The notes under the pieces: generated by a model
What the model saw: only the letters and a program-made list of their open reading frames with translations
The model's database searches: none
Told to the model about the DNA's origin: nothing
Made by a program: the position numbers and the translations under genes
In this document: in pieces, positions 29,640 to 39,693 of the stretch
How positions within the stretch are numbered: position 1 is the stretch's first letter
Layout: each line of letters opens with the position of its first letter
From: Acutalibacteraceae bacterium
Lineage (GTDB): Bacteria; Bacillota; Clostridia; Oscillospirales; Acutalibacteraceae
Reading direction: 5' to 3'
Length of the DNA: 64,000 nucleotides
NCBI GenBank assembly: GCA_045646485.1
Contig: JAZRKU010000058.1
Location: 596 to 64,595, forward strand

Positions 29640-30891
29640 TGTTTTTAAACCTGTTCCATTTTTTAATATTAAGTGCGGTGAAGAGCAGAGCGATTACGTC
29701 AATTACAATCCAGACAACAACAGTTCCGTTCCAGCCGATGTTATCTGAAATTATACCGAATCCGTAAGTTGCGGCTGCACATCCTATGTAAGCAGTTGCA
29801 TTCATTACACCTGTAACAGTAGCAGTTTTGCCGTGTTTTGCAAACTGCATCGGTACTAAAGTTATAATCATATAGTTAAATGTGTGCATAGCAGTAGTTC
29901 CGAGTGCTAAAAGAATAACGCTTACGACAATCGGAAGGTTTTTCATAAAGATAAGAAATGCAAAAGGAATAAGCACAAAGGCTAAAACAAAAGAGCCTGT
30001 TTTTAATTCGTCTTTTTTAAATACCTTGTTATAGAGTGGTGTAATAATATAATTACCGCTTAAATTTACTATTGGTAATATTATTGAGACGAATACAGAA
30101 AAAGCAGCAGAGGTGTTATACGTTTCTGTAATCATTGTAGGCACCCAGGTAGTAATTCCTTCTTTGATTGCGCCGTGAATTGCATCGGCAGGTAAAACCA
30201 GAAGAAGACCGGCAGACAAAAAGAGCGGTAAAAATTTATTTGTGTTTTTATTATTAGCCTCTTTTTTGTTATTTATGCTGTTTTCAACAGGTTCGTCAGT
30301 AATATGTTTTTTCGAAAGAAAATATGTAACCGTAAAGAAAACAAATGCAAAAACAAGAACTGCGGCTGAAGAGAAAAATACAGATTTCCAATTGAAAAAT
30401 TTAATTGCAACAGATGCAAGAATATATGCAGAAACAGTACCTATGGGCAGGGTAGCAGAAATATTAAGACACGCCTTGCTTCGCATATCATAATTAATTA
30501 TATTGGCTAAAATTTTAAGAATTGCCGCCCACAGAAGAGAGAGTGCAAAGCCGTTAAAGCCCCAAACAATTGCCATTGCAACGTTTGTAGTGCAGAACGT
30601 CATTGAAATATTTGCACCTGCCGACAAAAACAAGCCAAGCATTATCATTTTAAACGGAGAAATTTTATCGCCTAAAAATCCGTTGATAATCTGAAAAAAG
30701 CCGTAAACTATAAAGAATGCGGAGCCTATGATTCCGGCCTGGGATTTTGTGAAAAGTCCTTCGCTTAAAATATCAGGCAAAGCAGCAGAATAATTGATTC
30801 TGCCAACGTAAGATGCGGCATAAGCAATAAAGCACGCTACAAAAACGAGAGCAGAATATTTTTTGCTTTCTAAATATTGTTGTGTTTTCAA
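29626..30891 (-). CDS. MFS transporter (organophosphate:Pi antiporter GlpT/UhpC-like)
   Basis: 421 aa with ~12 TM helices. N-terminal pattern YAASYVGRINYSAA ... GFLGDK is typical of sugar-phosphate MFS permeases. Confidence 0.75.
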   Translation of the reverse strand: MKTQQYLESKKYSALVFVACFIAYAASYVGRINYSAALPDILSEGLFTKSQAGIIGSAFFIVYGFFQIINGFLGDKISPFKMIMLGLFLSAGANISMTFCTTNVAMAIVWGFNGFALSLLWAAILKILANIINYDMRSKACLNISATLPIGTVSAYILASVAIKFFNWKSVFFSSAAVLVFAFVFFTVTYFLSKKHITDEPVENSINNKKEANNKNTNKFLPLFLSAGLLLVLPADAIHGAIKEGITTWVPTMITETYNTSAAFSVFVSIILPIVNLSGNYIITPLYNKVFKKDELKTGSFVLAFVLIPFAFLIFMKNLPIVVSVILLALGTTAMHTFNYMIITLVPMQFAKHGKTATVTGVMNATAYIGCAAATYGFGIISDNIGWNGTVVVWIVIDVIALLFTALNIKKWNRFKNNECL

Positions 30892-31057
30892 AAAATCGCT
30901 TCCTGTTATTAAATATCAATAAAGGTATTCTACCATATTAAATAACAATGTCAAGCAAATAGTTTTTTAGGTGCTTTCTGAAGAAAATAAAAGTTGAGAT
31001 TTGTTTTTATATGTGTTAAAATAGAAAAAAGAATCTTTCATAAAGGAGTGGTATACC

Positions 31058-32677
31058 GTGGCAAAAGATAAATTCTGTCTTGAACGTGCAAAAAGCCCCG
31101 AAGAGGTTGGTGTAAGTTCAGAACAGGTAGTAGAATTCTTAAGAGATATGAAAGAAAATAAGCTGGAGTTTCACAGCTTTATGGTTATCAGAAACGATAA
31201 GGTTGCGTGTGAATTTTATCGTGCACCATTTAATAAAGAAACACCGCACTCTGCGTACTCAATAAGCAAAACCGTTACTGCAATAGCAGCAGGCTTTGCA
31301 ATAAACGAGGGGCTTTTTGAGCTTGACACAAGAATAGTTGACGTTTTTCCTGAATATGTTTCTGAAAAGGTTGACGGCAGAATTTTTAAAGTAACCGTGC
31401 GTAATCTGCTTACAATGACTGCAGGTGTTCAACCAAGCTTCTTGAGCAATAAAAGCAAAATTGACTGGATTACGGATTTCTTTAACTCCTCTTTTTATGG
31501 TGAGCCAGGTACATTTCGTTATGTTAATGAAAATATATTCATATTGAGTGCAATTATTTGCAAAACTGCAAAAATGACACTTCGCGAATATCTGACTGCA
31601 AGACTTTTCGAGCCACTTAATATTACTTTCCCTGAGTGGGAAACTAATCAGGATGGAATTGAGGCAGGCGGTTGGGGCTTGTCACTTAAATTAGAAGACC
31701 TTGCAAAAATTATGTATTGCCTTTCAAACAACGGCAAAATTGAGAAAAAGCAGATTATACCCGAAGAATGGGTTCTTGAAATGACTGAAGCTCATGCGGA
31801 TACGTCTATTTGCAAAAATATAGACACAGATAAGGGTTATGGCTATTGCGTGTGGCGCAACGGCGGAAATGACAGCTTCAGAGCAAACGGAATGTTTTCT
31901 CAGTTCGGAATTGTTTTTCCTGAGGATAACGCGGTTATTGTTTGCTTCGGTGCTATTGCAGGTGAGCAGGAAGCAAGAGATTGCATATGGCGTCATTTCC
32001 CCGAGGCGTTTATAACACCTGACAAAAAGGTAAAAGCACCTGTATTTGAAGGTTTTTATAATATTGCAGATGAATTCGGGGTAGATAATCCTACAGCATC
32101 AATGCGTTCATTACAGGAAGCAAAGCTTAACAACAAAACAATTGAAATAAAGAGAAAGGTTCTTCTTAATCTTATCGGATTCCCTGTTAGTGTAATTCCG
32201 TTTACCGTTACTTTTTTAAATGGTAAAAGGGCAGGTAATATTGATAACATCAACTTTACGTTCAAAGAAAATGAATGCCTTATGAGTTGGTGTGAGGGTG
32301 AAGAAAAAAATACCGTTATCTGCGGTATGGATGGACACTTCCGTTATGGCGATATTACTCTGGCAGGTGTGAAATATAAAGTTTGTTGTTATGCAGTCTG
32401 GGATGAAAATGATATTTTAAAAGTAAATATAAGACCGATTGAAACAGCATCAAAAAGAAAACTTAAATTTACGTTTGTCGGTACAGAAAAAGTAATTATG
32501 AAGCCACTTTCTACACCAAAGGTAAAGGATATGGCAGTATCATTAGCAGGTGCCGCATCTGAAATTATAGATAACGAATTATTGGTTGCGATAATGAATA
32601 AAGCGACAAAATACGTGCCGTGGGTATTGGAGCCAAGGCACAGGGGTAAATTAGTTAATCGCAAGGACATTTATTAA
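31058..32677 (+). CDS. Serine hydrolase, beta-lactamase/transpeptidase-like family
   Basis: SxxK motif in AYSISKTVTA and a class C-like fold length plus ~200-aa C-terminal extension. GTG start is 9 nt after AAAGGAG. Confidence 0.8.
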   Translation: MAKDKFCLERAKSPEEVGVSSEQVVEFLRDMKENKLEFHSFMVIRNDKVACEFYRAPFNKETPHSAYSISKTVTAIAAGFAINEGLFELDTRIVDVFPEYVSEKVDGRIFKVTVRNLLTMTAGVQPSFLSNKSKIDWITDFFNSSFYGEPGTFRYVNENIFILSAIICKTAKMTLREYLTARLFEPLNITFPEWETNQDGIEAGGWGLSLKLEDLAKIMYCLSNNGKIEKKQIIPEEWVLEMTEAHADTSICKNIDTDKGYGYCVWRNGGNDSFRANGMFSQFGIVFPEDNAVIVCFGAIAGEQEARDCIWRHFPEAFITPDKKVKAPVFEGFYNIADEFGVDNPTASMRSLQEAKLNNKTIEIKRKVLLNLIGFPVSVIPFTVTFLNGKRAGNIDNINFTFKENECLMSWCEGEEKNTVICGMDGHFRYGDITLAGVKYKVCCYAVWDENDILKVNIRPIETASKRKLKFTFVGTEKVIMKPLSTPKVKDMAVSLAGAASEIIDNELLVAIMNKATKYVPWVLEPRHRGKLVNRKDIY

Positions 32678-32686
32678 AAGTTGTCA

Positions 32687-32913
32687 TATTTAGCGCAGAA
32701 GACAATTTTTTACCCACTCGACGTACCTTTGTACGCCATCGGGGTAAAGAAATTGCCTTCTGCATCTAAATCTAACAGCTTTCTATTTAGCGTAAAAGAC
32801 GAGTTTTTACTTACTTGATGTACCTTTGTACGCCATCGGGGTAAAGAAATTGCCTTCTGCATCTAAATCTGACAGCTTTCTATTTAGCGTAAAAGACGAT
32901 TTTTTACTTACTT
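32687..32913. repeat. Tandem direct repeat, 97-bp unit, ~2.3 copies, each unit carrying a hairpin-forming core
   Basis: Units are 32687-32783, 32784-32880 and a partial 32881-~32913. They are near-identical from GTACCTTTGTACGCCATCGGGGTAAAGAAATTGCCTTCTGCATCTAAATCT to TATTTAGCG. Unit 1 can fold into a ~21-bp imperfect stem (GCAGAAGACAATTTTTTACCC / GGGGTAAAGAAATTGCCTTCTGC). Confidence 0.85.
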
Positions 32914-32920
32914 TGAGAGA

Positions 32921-32960
32921 GAAAAAACAGGACTGATTAAGTTTGTACTTAATCAGTCCT
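32921..32960 (-). terminator. Terminator after the 238-aa membrane protein gene
   Basis: AGGACTGATTAAG/CTTAATCAGTCCT stem followed by U6 on the minus strand. Confidence 0.85.
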
Positions 32961-32965
32961 TATGT

Positions 32966-33682
32966 TTATTGGTATATTTCTTCAAAGATTTCAGGATGGT
33001 CATAATAACCGTAGAAATTCCAATCCTCTGTTTCATCAGAATGTGTGTTATCTACTGTTATGATATCTTCATCAAAACAAGATAAAAACTGTTTTATAAG
33101 TGAATAGTCATCATCAAAACCTGAAGAGGAGAATGTATATGTATTACTATCAGTTTTTAACTCAATGACAGTAGCGTAACCACTATTGCGTTTGCCTCTT
33201 CTTCTTTCCATTTCTAAATATACGTTGATTTCAGTTACCTCGTCATAGGTGAAAAGGGTAGCATCCGCTGAAATTAAGTTATATTGTTTCAAAGCTTTGC
33301 TATCTGCTTCATATCTCGAAAAAGAGGCTACACCGAAGCCGAGTGTTGCAATAATAAAACAGGTTGTAGCAGTAATCGCAAATTTTACGGTAAGTTTTTT
33401 TGCAATTGTATTTGTATTAAGATTGAAAACCTTGAAATCTTTGTTCCCGCGTGTGATTTTTGTTCTGTAAAATGCAAAAAGGATAAAATTAAAAATTAAC
33501 AAAAAGAGGGAAACAATGTTGAATACATTCTCCGGAAAAACGAGATAAATAACACCGCGACTTCTGATAGAATACTGCATTTCCCAATTTAAAAACAGAT
33601 TTATCAGAGCATATAAAAAAGGTAAAATCAATGCATAACGATAATGAAAGTTTGACGTTATGTTACTCCAAAATTTTTTCAT
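32966..33682 (-). CDS. Hypothetical membrane protein
   Basis: 238-aa ORF with three predicted TM helices, an acidic C-terminal domain, and a strong terminator downstream. No recognisable family. Confidence 0.5.
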   Translation of the reverse strand: MKKFWSNITSNFHYRYALILPFLYALINLFLNWEMQYSIRSRGVIYLVFPENVFNIVSLFLLIFNFILFAFYRTKITRGNKDFKVFNLNTNTIAKKLTVKFAITATTCFIIATLGFGVASFSRYEADSKALKQYNLISADATLFTYDEVTEINVYLEMERRRGKRNSGYATVIELKTDSNTYTFSSSGFDDDYSLIKQFLSCFDEDIITVDNTHSDETEDWNFYGYYDHPEIFEEIYQ

Positions 33683-33701
33683 TATGATTACTCCATTATT
33701 T

Positions 33702-35561
33702 TCAAAAATCCTTTAAAAGCACTACTGCACCAAAAGCAGGTACATTTACTGAATCAGTTACAGGTAAATCTTTTGTTAATTCAACTGTATTGTGAAATTC
33801 AAAGGGGAGATTATAGGTTATTTCATGGTTGTTTTTGTTAGCAATCACAAAGATTTTTTGTTCTTTAGATTCTCTTATATATGCTACACAAGAGAGCATT
33901 GCAGAGAAAGGAATGAACCTGCCATCTTTAAGACAAGAAAGTGAGTGACGGATTTCTCCTAATTTTTTATACCAATTAACGAGAGCTTTATCTTCATTAC
34001 CCCATGGGTAGAAACCTCTGTTGAACGGGTCGCTCCCCCCCGTAAGCCCTGCTTCGTCACCATAATAAATTGAAGGGAAACCGGGGAGTGTATATTGTAA
34101 AACTGTAGCCGTTTTCAAAAGCTCTTTTGCAAATGAATATTCATTATCGCTTAACTTGTAACCTGCTTGAATTTCTCGTGGCTTATGCTCTAACTCGAAG
34201 TTTATAAGTCTTGTTAAAATTCTTGCGGTGTCGTGTGTGCCGATATGATTCATAAGTGAATCAAGTGCAGGCTTGGGGTAGTTTTCGCAAACCGAAATAA
34301 CCGTTTCCATAAAGTTTTCGGCTATGCCGTAACGCATAAAATCCAAAATAGCGTTTGCAAAAGGGTAATTCATTACGCTGTCTAATTGACCACCTAATAA
34401 ATATCTTCTTCTGCCACCATGGCTGAATTTGTTTGTTGCATCCTCCCACACTTCACCAATTACAAAATGTTCGTCGTTGAGAGATTTTACTGATTTATAA
34501 AGTGCATCTATAAATTTGTCGGGCAATTCATCAGCAACATCAAGTCTGTAACCTGAAGCACCGAGCTTAAGCCATTTTTCAAGAATACCGTTTTTACCTG
34601 TAATGAATTCGATGTATTCATCGTTTTCTTCATTCGTTTCGGGCAGGGTGTCAATTCCCCACCAGCTTTTATAGGTTCCGTCGTTATTAAACGTGAACCA
34701 CGAGGAGTATTCTGACTCTTTTGAGTTATAAGCACCGACAGAATTGTAACGGTTTTCACGATTGAAATAAATACTGTCGCTTCCTGTGTGGCTGAAGACA
34801 CCGTCAAGAATGACTTTTATACCGAATTTTTTCGCTTCGGTGCAGAGTTCCTTAAAATCGTTTTCATCACCTAAAAGAGGGTCGATTTTTGAGTAATCGG
34901 CGGTGTTGTAGCGATGATTTGAATGTGCTTCAAATATAGGGTTAAGATAAAGAATTGTTGTACCTAAATATGCTAAGTACGGCAATTTTTCTTTTATGCC
35001 CTTAAGGTCGCCCGAAAAATAATCGTTATTTAAAATTTTGCCTTCCTCATTTGGCATCCAGACGGGAGTTTCAGTTATATCATTATGAATTATTCTGTCA
35101 GTTGGTACGTTTTTCTTTTTTTCGCCCGAATTAAAAAATCTATCAGGAAAAATCTGATACATAATACCGCCTTTAACCCAATCGGGTGTTTTGAAATCAG
35201 GCGAGTACACGGTTTGTTGCCATTCCTTGCCTTCAGATAAAAATTTACCTATACCTGAAGCTTGCAGGAAAATATGGTTTGTACCAAAAGGCGTTTCATA
35301 ATTGAAATGGTAAAAATAAAGTCCGGGATTTTCGAAGGTGTAGTCAGTGCCCCACCATTCTTCGTTATCGCCGTTCATACCACACCATAACAAATCGTGA
35401 TATGAGTAGTTGTTGAAATCATCGTGTACAACAAGAGTTACCTTGCTGCAATTTATAGAGCGGGGCATAAGAACAGAAAACCGCAAGTTTTCACCTGCGG
35501 CCGAACTACCGAATATTGATTTGTGCCTTAAATCTCTTGAGTTAAAAGGAACAAAATTCAT
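33702..35561 (-). CDS. Intracellular GH13 alpha-glucosidase/neopullulanase-type enzyme
   Basis: GH13 conserved regions are DGVFSHTG (I), GYRLDVADE (II), EVWED (III) and NHIGTHDTAR (IV). N-terminal E-set-like domain; no signal peptide. Confidence 0.9.
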   Translation of the reverse strand: MNFVPFNSRDLRHKSIFGSSAAGENLRFSVLMPRSINCSKVTLVVHDDFNNYSYHDLLWCGMNGDNEEWWGTDYTFENPGLYFYHFNYETPFGTNHIFLQASGIGKFLSEGKEWQQTVYSPDFKTPDWVKGGIMYQIFPDRFFNSGEKKKNVPTDRIIHNDITETPVWMPNEEGKILNNDYFSGDLKGIKEKLPYLAYLGTTILYLNPIFEAHSNHRYNTADYSKIDPLLGDENDFKELCTEAKKFGIKVILDGVFSHTGSDSIYFNRENRYNSVGAYNSKESEYSSWFTFNNDGTYKSWWGIDTLPETNEENDEYIEFITGKNGILEKWLKLGASGYRLDVADELPDKFIDALYKSVKSLNDEHFVIGEVWEDATNKFSHGGRRRYLLGGQLDSVMNYPFANAILDFMRYGIAENFMETVISVCENYPKPALDSLMNHIGTHDTARILTRLINFELEHKPREIQAGYKLSDNEYSFAKELLKTATVLQYTLPGFPSIYYGDEAGLTGGSDPFNRGFYPWGNEDKALVNWYKKLGEIRHSLSCLKDGRFIPFSAMLSCVAYIRESKEQKIFVIANKNNHEITYNLPFEFHNTVELTKDLPVTDSVNVPAFGAVVLLKDF

Positions 35562-35568
35562 TTTTCAA

Positions 35569-36585
35569 TCAATCCTCATATCCGTTGGGGTTCTGACTCT
35601 GCCATCTGTAAGAATCGGCACACATTTCGTCAATACCCTTTTCTGCTTTCCAGCCTAACTCTTTTTCTGCTTTTTCAGGGTTGGAATAACAAGTTGCAAT
35701 ATCACCCGGGCGGCGTGGCTCTATAACGTAAGGAATGGTAACGCCCGATGCTTTTTCGAATGCTTTAACAACCTCTAAAACGCTGTAGCCGCGACCTGTG
35801 CCGAGGTTGTAGATGTTAACACCCTTGCAAGAATACGCTTTATCAAGAGCTTTTAAGTGACCCTTTGCAAGGTCTACAACGTGAATGTAGTCACGTACAC
35901 CTGTGCCGTCAGGAGTATCGTAATCGTCACCGAAAACATTTAAATGAGGTCTTTTGCCGACTGCAACCTGAGTAATATATGGCATTAAGTTGTTAGGTAT
36001 TCCGTTAGGAGCTTCACCTATAGTGCCGCTTTCGTGGGCACCGAGTGGGTTGAAGTAACGGAGTATGCAAACAGACCATTCATCGTCAGCTTTTGCTAAA
36101 TCCATAAGAATTCTTTCAATGAAGTATTTTGTTGTACCATAAGGGTTAGTAGTGCCACCCGTTTGCATTTCTTCATTGAGCGGTGAAATATTGTGTTCGC
36201 CATAAACAGTTGCAGAAGAACTGAAAACAATTGTTTTACAACCGTATTTTGCCATTACTTCGCAAAGAACAACTGTACCTGAAATATTATTGTAATAATA
36301 TAAAAGTGGTTTTTGGCAAGATTCACCAACCGCCTTAAGACCTGCAAAGTGAATAACGGAATCTATATCATTTTCAGAGAAAATCTTTTCAAGACCTTCA
36401 CGGTCGTTTATGTCACATTCATAGAATTTAAAATCCTTGCCTGTGATTTTTTTGATTCTGTTTAAAGATTCAGGACAACTGTTGTAAAAATTATCAAGAA
36501 TAATTATATCTCTGTCATTATTTAAAAATTCAACTGCTGCGTGTGAGCCTATGTAGCCCGCACCACCTGTAATAAGTACTGCCAT
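35569..36585 (-). CDS. galE: UDP-glucose 4-epimerase
   Basis: [13 protein letters not shown] Rossmann motif, YGTTKYFIE (YxxxK), 338 aa. Confidence 0.95.
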   Translation of the reverse strand: MAVLITGGAGYIGSHAAVEFLNNDRDIIILDNFYNSCPESLNRIKKITGKDFKFYECDINDREGLEKIFSENDIDSVIHFAGLKAVGESCQKPLLYYYNNISGTVVLCEVMAKYGCKTIVFSSSATVYGEHNISPLNEEMQTGGTTNPYGTTKYFIERILMDLAKADDEWSVCILRYFNPLGAHESGTIGEAPNGIPNNLMPYITQVAVGKRPHLNVFGDDYDTPDGTGVRDYIHVVDLAKGHLKALDKAYSCKGVNIYNLGTGRGYSVLEVVKAFEKASGVTIPYVIEPRRPGDIATCYSNPEKAEKELGWKAEKGIDEMCADSYRWQSQNPNGYED

Positions 36586-36619
36586 TTTTAAAAACCCCTT
36601 TCAAGAAAATATAATGTGA

Positions 36620-38092
36620 TTATGACATACTGCCATGTACCATACCGTCATTGCTTGTTGTAGACTCAGGCATAACCGGTTCATCTGGTTGTGTCGGTTT
36701 TGGTTGTGTCGGTTTCGGCTGTGTAGGAGGCTGAGTCGGTTGTGGCTGATACTGCGGTCTTGTAGAGTTTGGAATTGTGTTATCAGTTACAACATCGAAA
36801 ATGCCGGTTGAAGATTCCGGAGTCGGAAGAATATTCTGGAACGTTTCAAGAGGATTTGTTGTAGACTCTGCAGGTGCAGCAGTAGTAGGCTCAGTAGTAG
36901 CAGCACCCTGAGTAGTCTGAACCTGCTGAAGCACGTCTGTTTCAGGCTCGTCGGTTGTAGAATCAAGATATCCGCTGAATTTGATTCCGACAACAACACA
37001 AGCAACAAGAGCAAGAACGAAAATTGCAATTGCTGCAATCATACCATTTTTGCTGAGAGAAGCTGTCGGACGCAATTCTGTAGCAACTTCAGACTCTATC
37101 TGAGCGGCTTCATATTTTGCAACCTCTTCAACAGGTGCCTCTGTTTTGAAAATAAGCTCGTCAATATATTTATCAATGAGATTATAAAGTTCAATTGACG
37201 CTTCCTTTACTAAGTTCGGAACACTTTCGTCAGCACTTGCAATAAGTTTTCTTACAACAACCTTTTCTTCAATAGCAACACCTATAAAAGCGTAGTAACT
37301 GAGTGTGATATCACCTTTTTTCTCACGGAAAATAGTTGATATGGTTGCGCCGATTTCAACGTTTTTTAATTCCTTTGCACCACGTGCTAATTCTGCAGAA
37401 TATTCCTTTGGCTCTGTTATACCCTTGTCGTTTACAAAAGGAGTGAAAAGAACTCTTTCGCCACCCTCAAGGGATTCTAATTTTTCTTGAAGAGTCAAAG
37501 CTGCAGGTGTAGTAGGAATTGCGATTCTTAAATCATATTCATTTAATTTTGCAACAATAGCCTTTGCTTTTTCTAAAATATCGTCAGCAGGCTCATCATC
37601 AACCGAAACAACAGAAATGCTTTTTTTCTTTACAAAAGAAAAACTTGAATTTCTGAGAAGGTTAACAGAGGTTTCGTTTTTCAAAGGAAGCACTACTATG
37701 TGTTTGCCTTCAGAAATAACGTAAAATCCGCTGTAAAGTCCGTCATCTGTAAGAAGCTCAGTTGCTTCATCAGGAATAAGCATATGTGCTTTTCTTGTTT
37801 TTTCATCATTTATGCTTGCAGGAATTCTATCCTGGATTTTTCCGCTGTATGAAGGAGTGAAGTTAAAAGCTTTAATAAGAATTGGTTTGAATTTCAGATA
37901 AAGTGAGCTTTCAACACCAAGAATAACAACGTCGTTGTCGTTCATAGCAGCTGAAACAGCTTCGAAAAAGTTATTTGTGTTAGAAAAGCTTTCAAAATAA
38001 ATACCAACACCGTCAATAGCTTCAACAACGGATTTTTTTACGTCTGAAAGAGTAAAACTGTCACGTTCAAATGAAAAAGCTTTAATTTTCAA
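36620..38092 (-). CDS. Hypothetical membrane-anchored protein: degenerate CinA-N (MoCF-like) domain, one TM helix, Pro/Thr/Gln-rich tail
   Basis: The N-terminal ~150 aa resemble the CinA N-domain weakly (VVILGVESS...KAHMLIPDEATELLTDDGLYSGFYVISEGKHIVVLPLKNE). TM helix MIAAIAIFVLALVACVVVGI. Tail contains PTQPPTQPKPTQPKPTQP. Confidence 0.55.
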   Translation of the reverse strand: MKIKAFSFERDSFTLSDVKKSVVEAIDGVGIYFESFSNTNNFFEAVSAAMNDNDVVILGVESSLYLKFKPILIKAFNFTPSYSGKIQDRIPASINDEKTRKAHMLIPDEATELLTDDGLYSGFYVISEGKHIVVLPLKNETSVNLLRNSSFSFVKKKSISVVSVDDEPADDILEKAKAIVAKLNEYDLRIAIPTTPAALTLQEKLESLEGGERVLFTPFVNDKGITEPKEYSAELARGAKELKNVEIGATISTIFREKKGDITLSYYAFIGVAIEEKVVVRKLIASADESVPNLVKEASIELYNLIDKYIDELIFKTEAPVEEVAKYEAAQIESEVATELRPTASLSKNGMIAAIAIFVLALVACVVVGIKFSGYLDSTTDEPETDVLQQVQTTQGAATTEPTTAAPAESTTNPLETFQNILPTPESSTGIFDVVTDNTIPNSTRPQYQPQPTQPPTQPKPTQPKPTQPDEPVMPESTTSNDGMVHGSMS

Positions 38093-38110
38093 TTCGGTTA
38101 CACCTCACAA

Positions 38111-39190
38111 TTAATATAAATACCATTTGGCATCATCTTTATATGGATTTTTTGAAGGATGACTGTAGTAAGCAGCAGGGTATTTTACCGGAGTGTCTTT
38201 CTTTTTAGCAAGAGAAACATCGACCTCGGCACTTTCACCCTCACGCACCATTCTTGCAATAACAATAAGACGTGCGTCGTTGAATTCATAGGTACAGGTA
38301 CAAAGCGTTATAAGCTTGTCTGTAGGCAGAATGTCTACGCCTGTTTCGTAAAGCTTTCTTTTGTCAACCTCGACTAAATATTCTTCAAAGCAGGTATCTG
38401 AACAGTTGTTGAAGGTGAAGTCAAAGAAATAACCGTTATCACCTTTAACGTGACCGTTTGTAATAATTACTGCATATACTTTCCATTTATGCTTTTCAAA
38501 GAGTGTGTTGAATTCAATAACAGGATGTTCTTTGAAAAAATCAATAGACTTATAATTTTCTATAGCGGCAAATCGGGAACCGTCATTCATATTGTGACCG
38601 TAAAGAAGAATATTGCGGTCTAACGGATTGAGATTTGCAATGTATGTTGCGTAAATAGCGCCGTAGCTTGTGTATTTTCCGTAGAAATCGTGGTTGAGAT
38701 AATATTTGTTGTTATCTGCCTGAACTACGGGAGTATCAACCTCAGTACCAGGGATTTTAATATAACCTATTGTGTCAGGGTTTTCTGCGTAATATAAAGC
38801 ATAATGATAGTCAAACCCTACAGGGAAGACAATATCTAAAAGGTGAGGGTATTTTTCATAGAGATAAGCCCACGCCTCTTCTTCAGTCATATTTTCCAAT
38901 TCCTTGGTTACTTCTTTGGGAAGTACGTATTCATCTTCTTTTTGCTCCTGTGAGTAAACAAGGTAGCTTTCAAAACCGCGTTTTCCTAAAAAGAAGGCTG
39001 AGACAAGAACAGCAAAAGCAGAAACGAGAGAAATAATCTGTTTTGCTTTTCTGAAAGCGAATTTTTTCCTTATAGCTTTTTCTATTGCTTCTTTTTCGGG
39101 ATTGCTTTCACGTATTACGGTTTCTTCATAACTGTCAAAATGAACTAAGTTCTGAACGGGTTCATTATTCTGGTTATTCTTTTTTTTCAT
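38111..39190 (-). CDS. srtB: Class B sortase
   Basis: N-terminal membrane anchor, LLYGHNM (catalytic His), LITLCTCTYEF (TLxTC Cys motif) and ARLIVIARMV (Arg). Confidence 0.8.
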   Translation of the reverse strand: MKKKNNQNNEPVQNLVHFDSYEETVIRESNPEKEAIEKAIRKKFAFRKAKQIISLVSAFAVLVSAFFLGKRGFESYLVYSQEQKEDEYVLPKEVTKELENMTEEEAWAYLYEKYPHLLDIVFPVGFDYHYALYYAENPDTIGYIKIPGTEVDTPVVQADNNKYYLNHDFYGKYTSYGAIYATYIANLNPLDRNILLYGHNMNDGSRFAAIENYKSIDFFKEHPVIEFNTLFEKHKWKVYAVIITNGHVKGDNGYFFDFTFNNCSDTCFEEYLVEVDKRKLYETGVDILPTDKLITLCTCTYEFNDARLIVIARMVREGESAEVDVSLAKKKDTPVKYPAAYYSHPSKNPYKDDAKWYLY

Positions 39191-39693
39191 AATTCCTCAT
39201 TCCCTAAAAAATTAAGAACGGTTTTTACTGCTTCAAATCTGTTGCAGTAACGAACATTTTCAGTGAAATCATTTTCTAATTTTATTACGTCGGTTTTATT
39301 GCCGTGCGTAACGGAAATAAAAATAAGACCGACCTTTTTTTGTGTGTTATCAGACGTAGGACCTGCAATACCCGTAATGCCTACACCGACAGCGGTATTC
39401 ATAAGTTTTTTTACACCTGAAGACATCTGCACGGCTGTTTCTGCACTTACCGCACCAAATTCTTTTAGTGTTTCTTCTTTTACACCGAGAACCTTAAGTT
39501 TAACAGCGTTGCTATATGAACAGACACCGCCTTCAAAAATTTCTGAAGCACCGCTTACCTCGGTTATTATTTTGCTCACCCAACCGCCTGTGCAGGATTC
39601 CGCAAGGCTGAGAGTCAGATTTTCTTCTTTGAATCTTTTTACAACCTTTTCAGCGAGTAAGGTTAACTCTTTTTCATCCATTCTGAACACCAT
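39187..39693 (-). CDS. pncC: CinA C-terminal-domain protein (nicotinamide-nucleotide amidohydrolase PncC type)
   Basis: 168 aa with LSLAESCTGGWVS and GITGIAGP blocks. Lacks the CinA N-terminal MoCF domain. An alternative start is ATG 39681. Confidence 0.85.
   Translation of the reverse strand: MVFRMDEKELTLLAEKVVKRFKEENLTLSLAESCTGGWVSKIITEVSGASEIFEGGVCSYSNAVKLKVLGVKEETLKEFGAVSAETAVQMSSGVKKLMNTAVGVGITGIAGPTSDNTQKKVGLIFISVTHGNKTDVIKLENDFTENVRYCNRFEAVKTVLNFLGNEEL

Noticed and set aside
32701-32720. Shared 11-mer TTTACCCACTC between the 97-bp repeat unit 1 and the right terminal repeat of the prp-rpmA element (19625-19635), suggesting one mobile family
   Set aside because: Only 11 nt match, the match is absent from repeat unit 2, and there is no further similarity in the flanks. 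This is insufficient to link the two elements without a genome-wide search.
32687-32913. Possible CRISPR array
   Set aside because: The unit is 97 bp with no unique spacers between repeats, there are only ~2.3 copies, and no cas genes are in the window. It is a plain tandem duplication.
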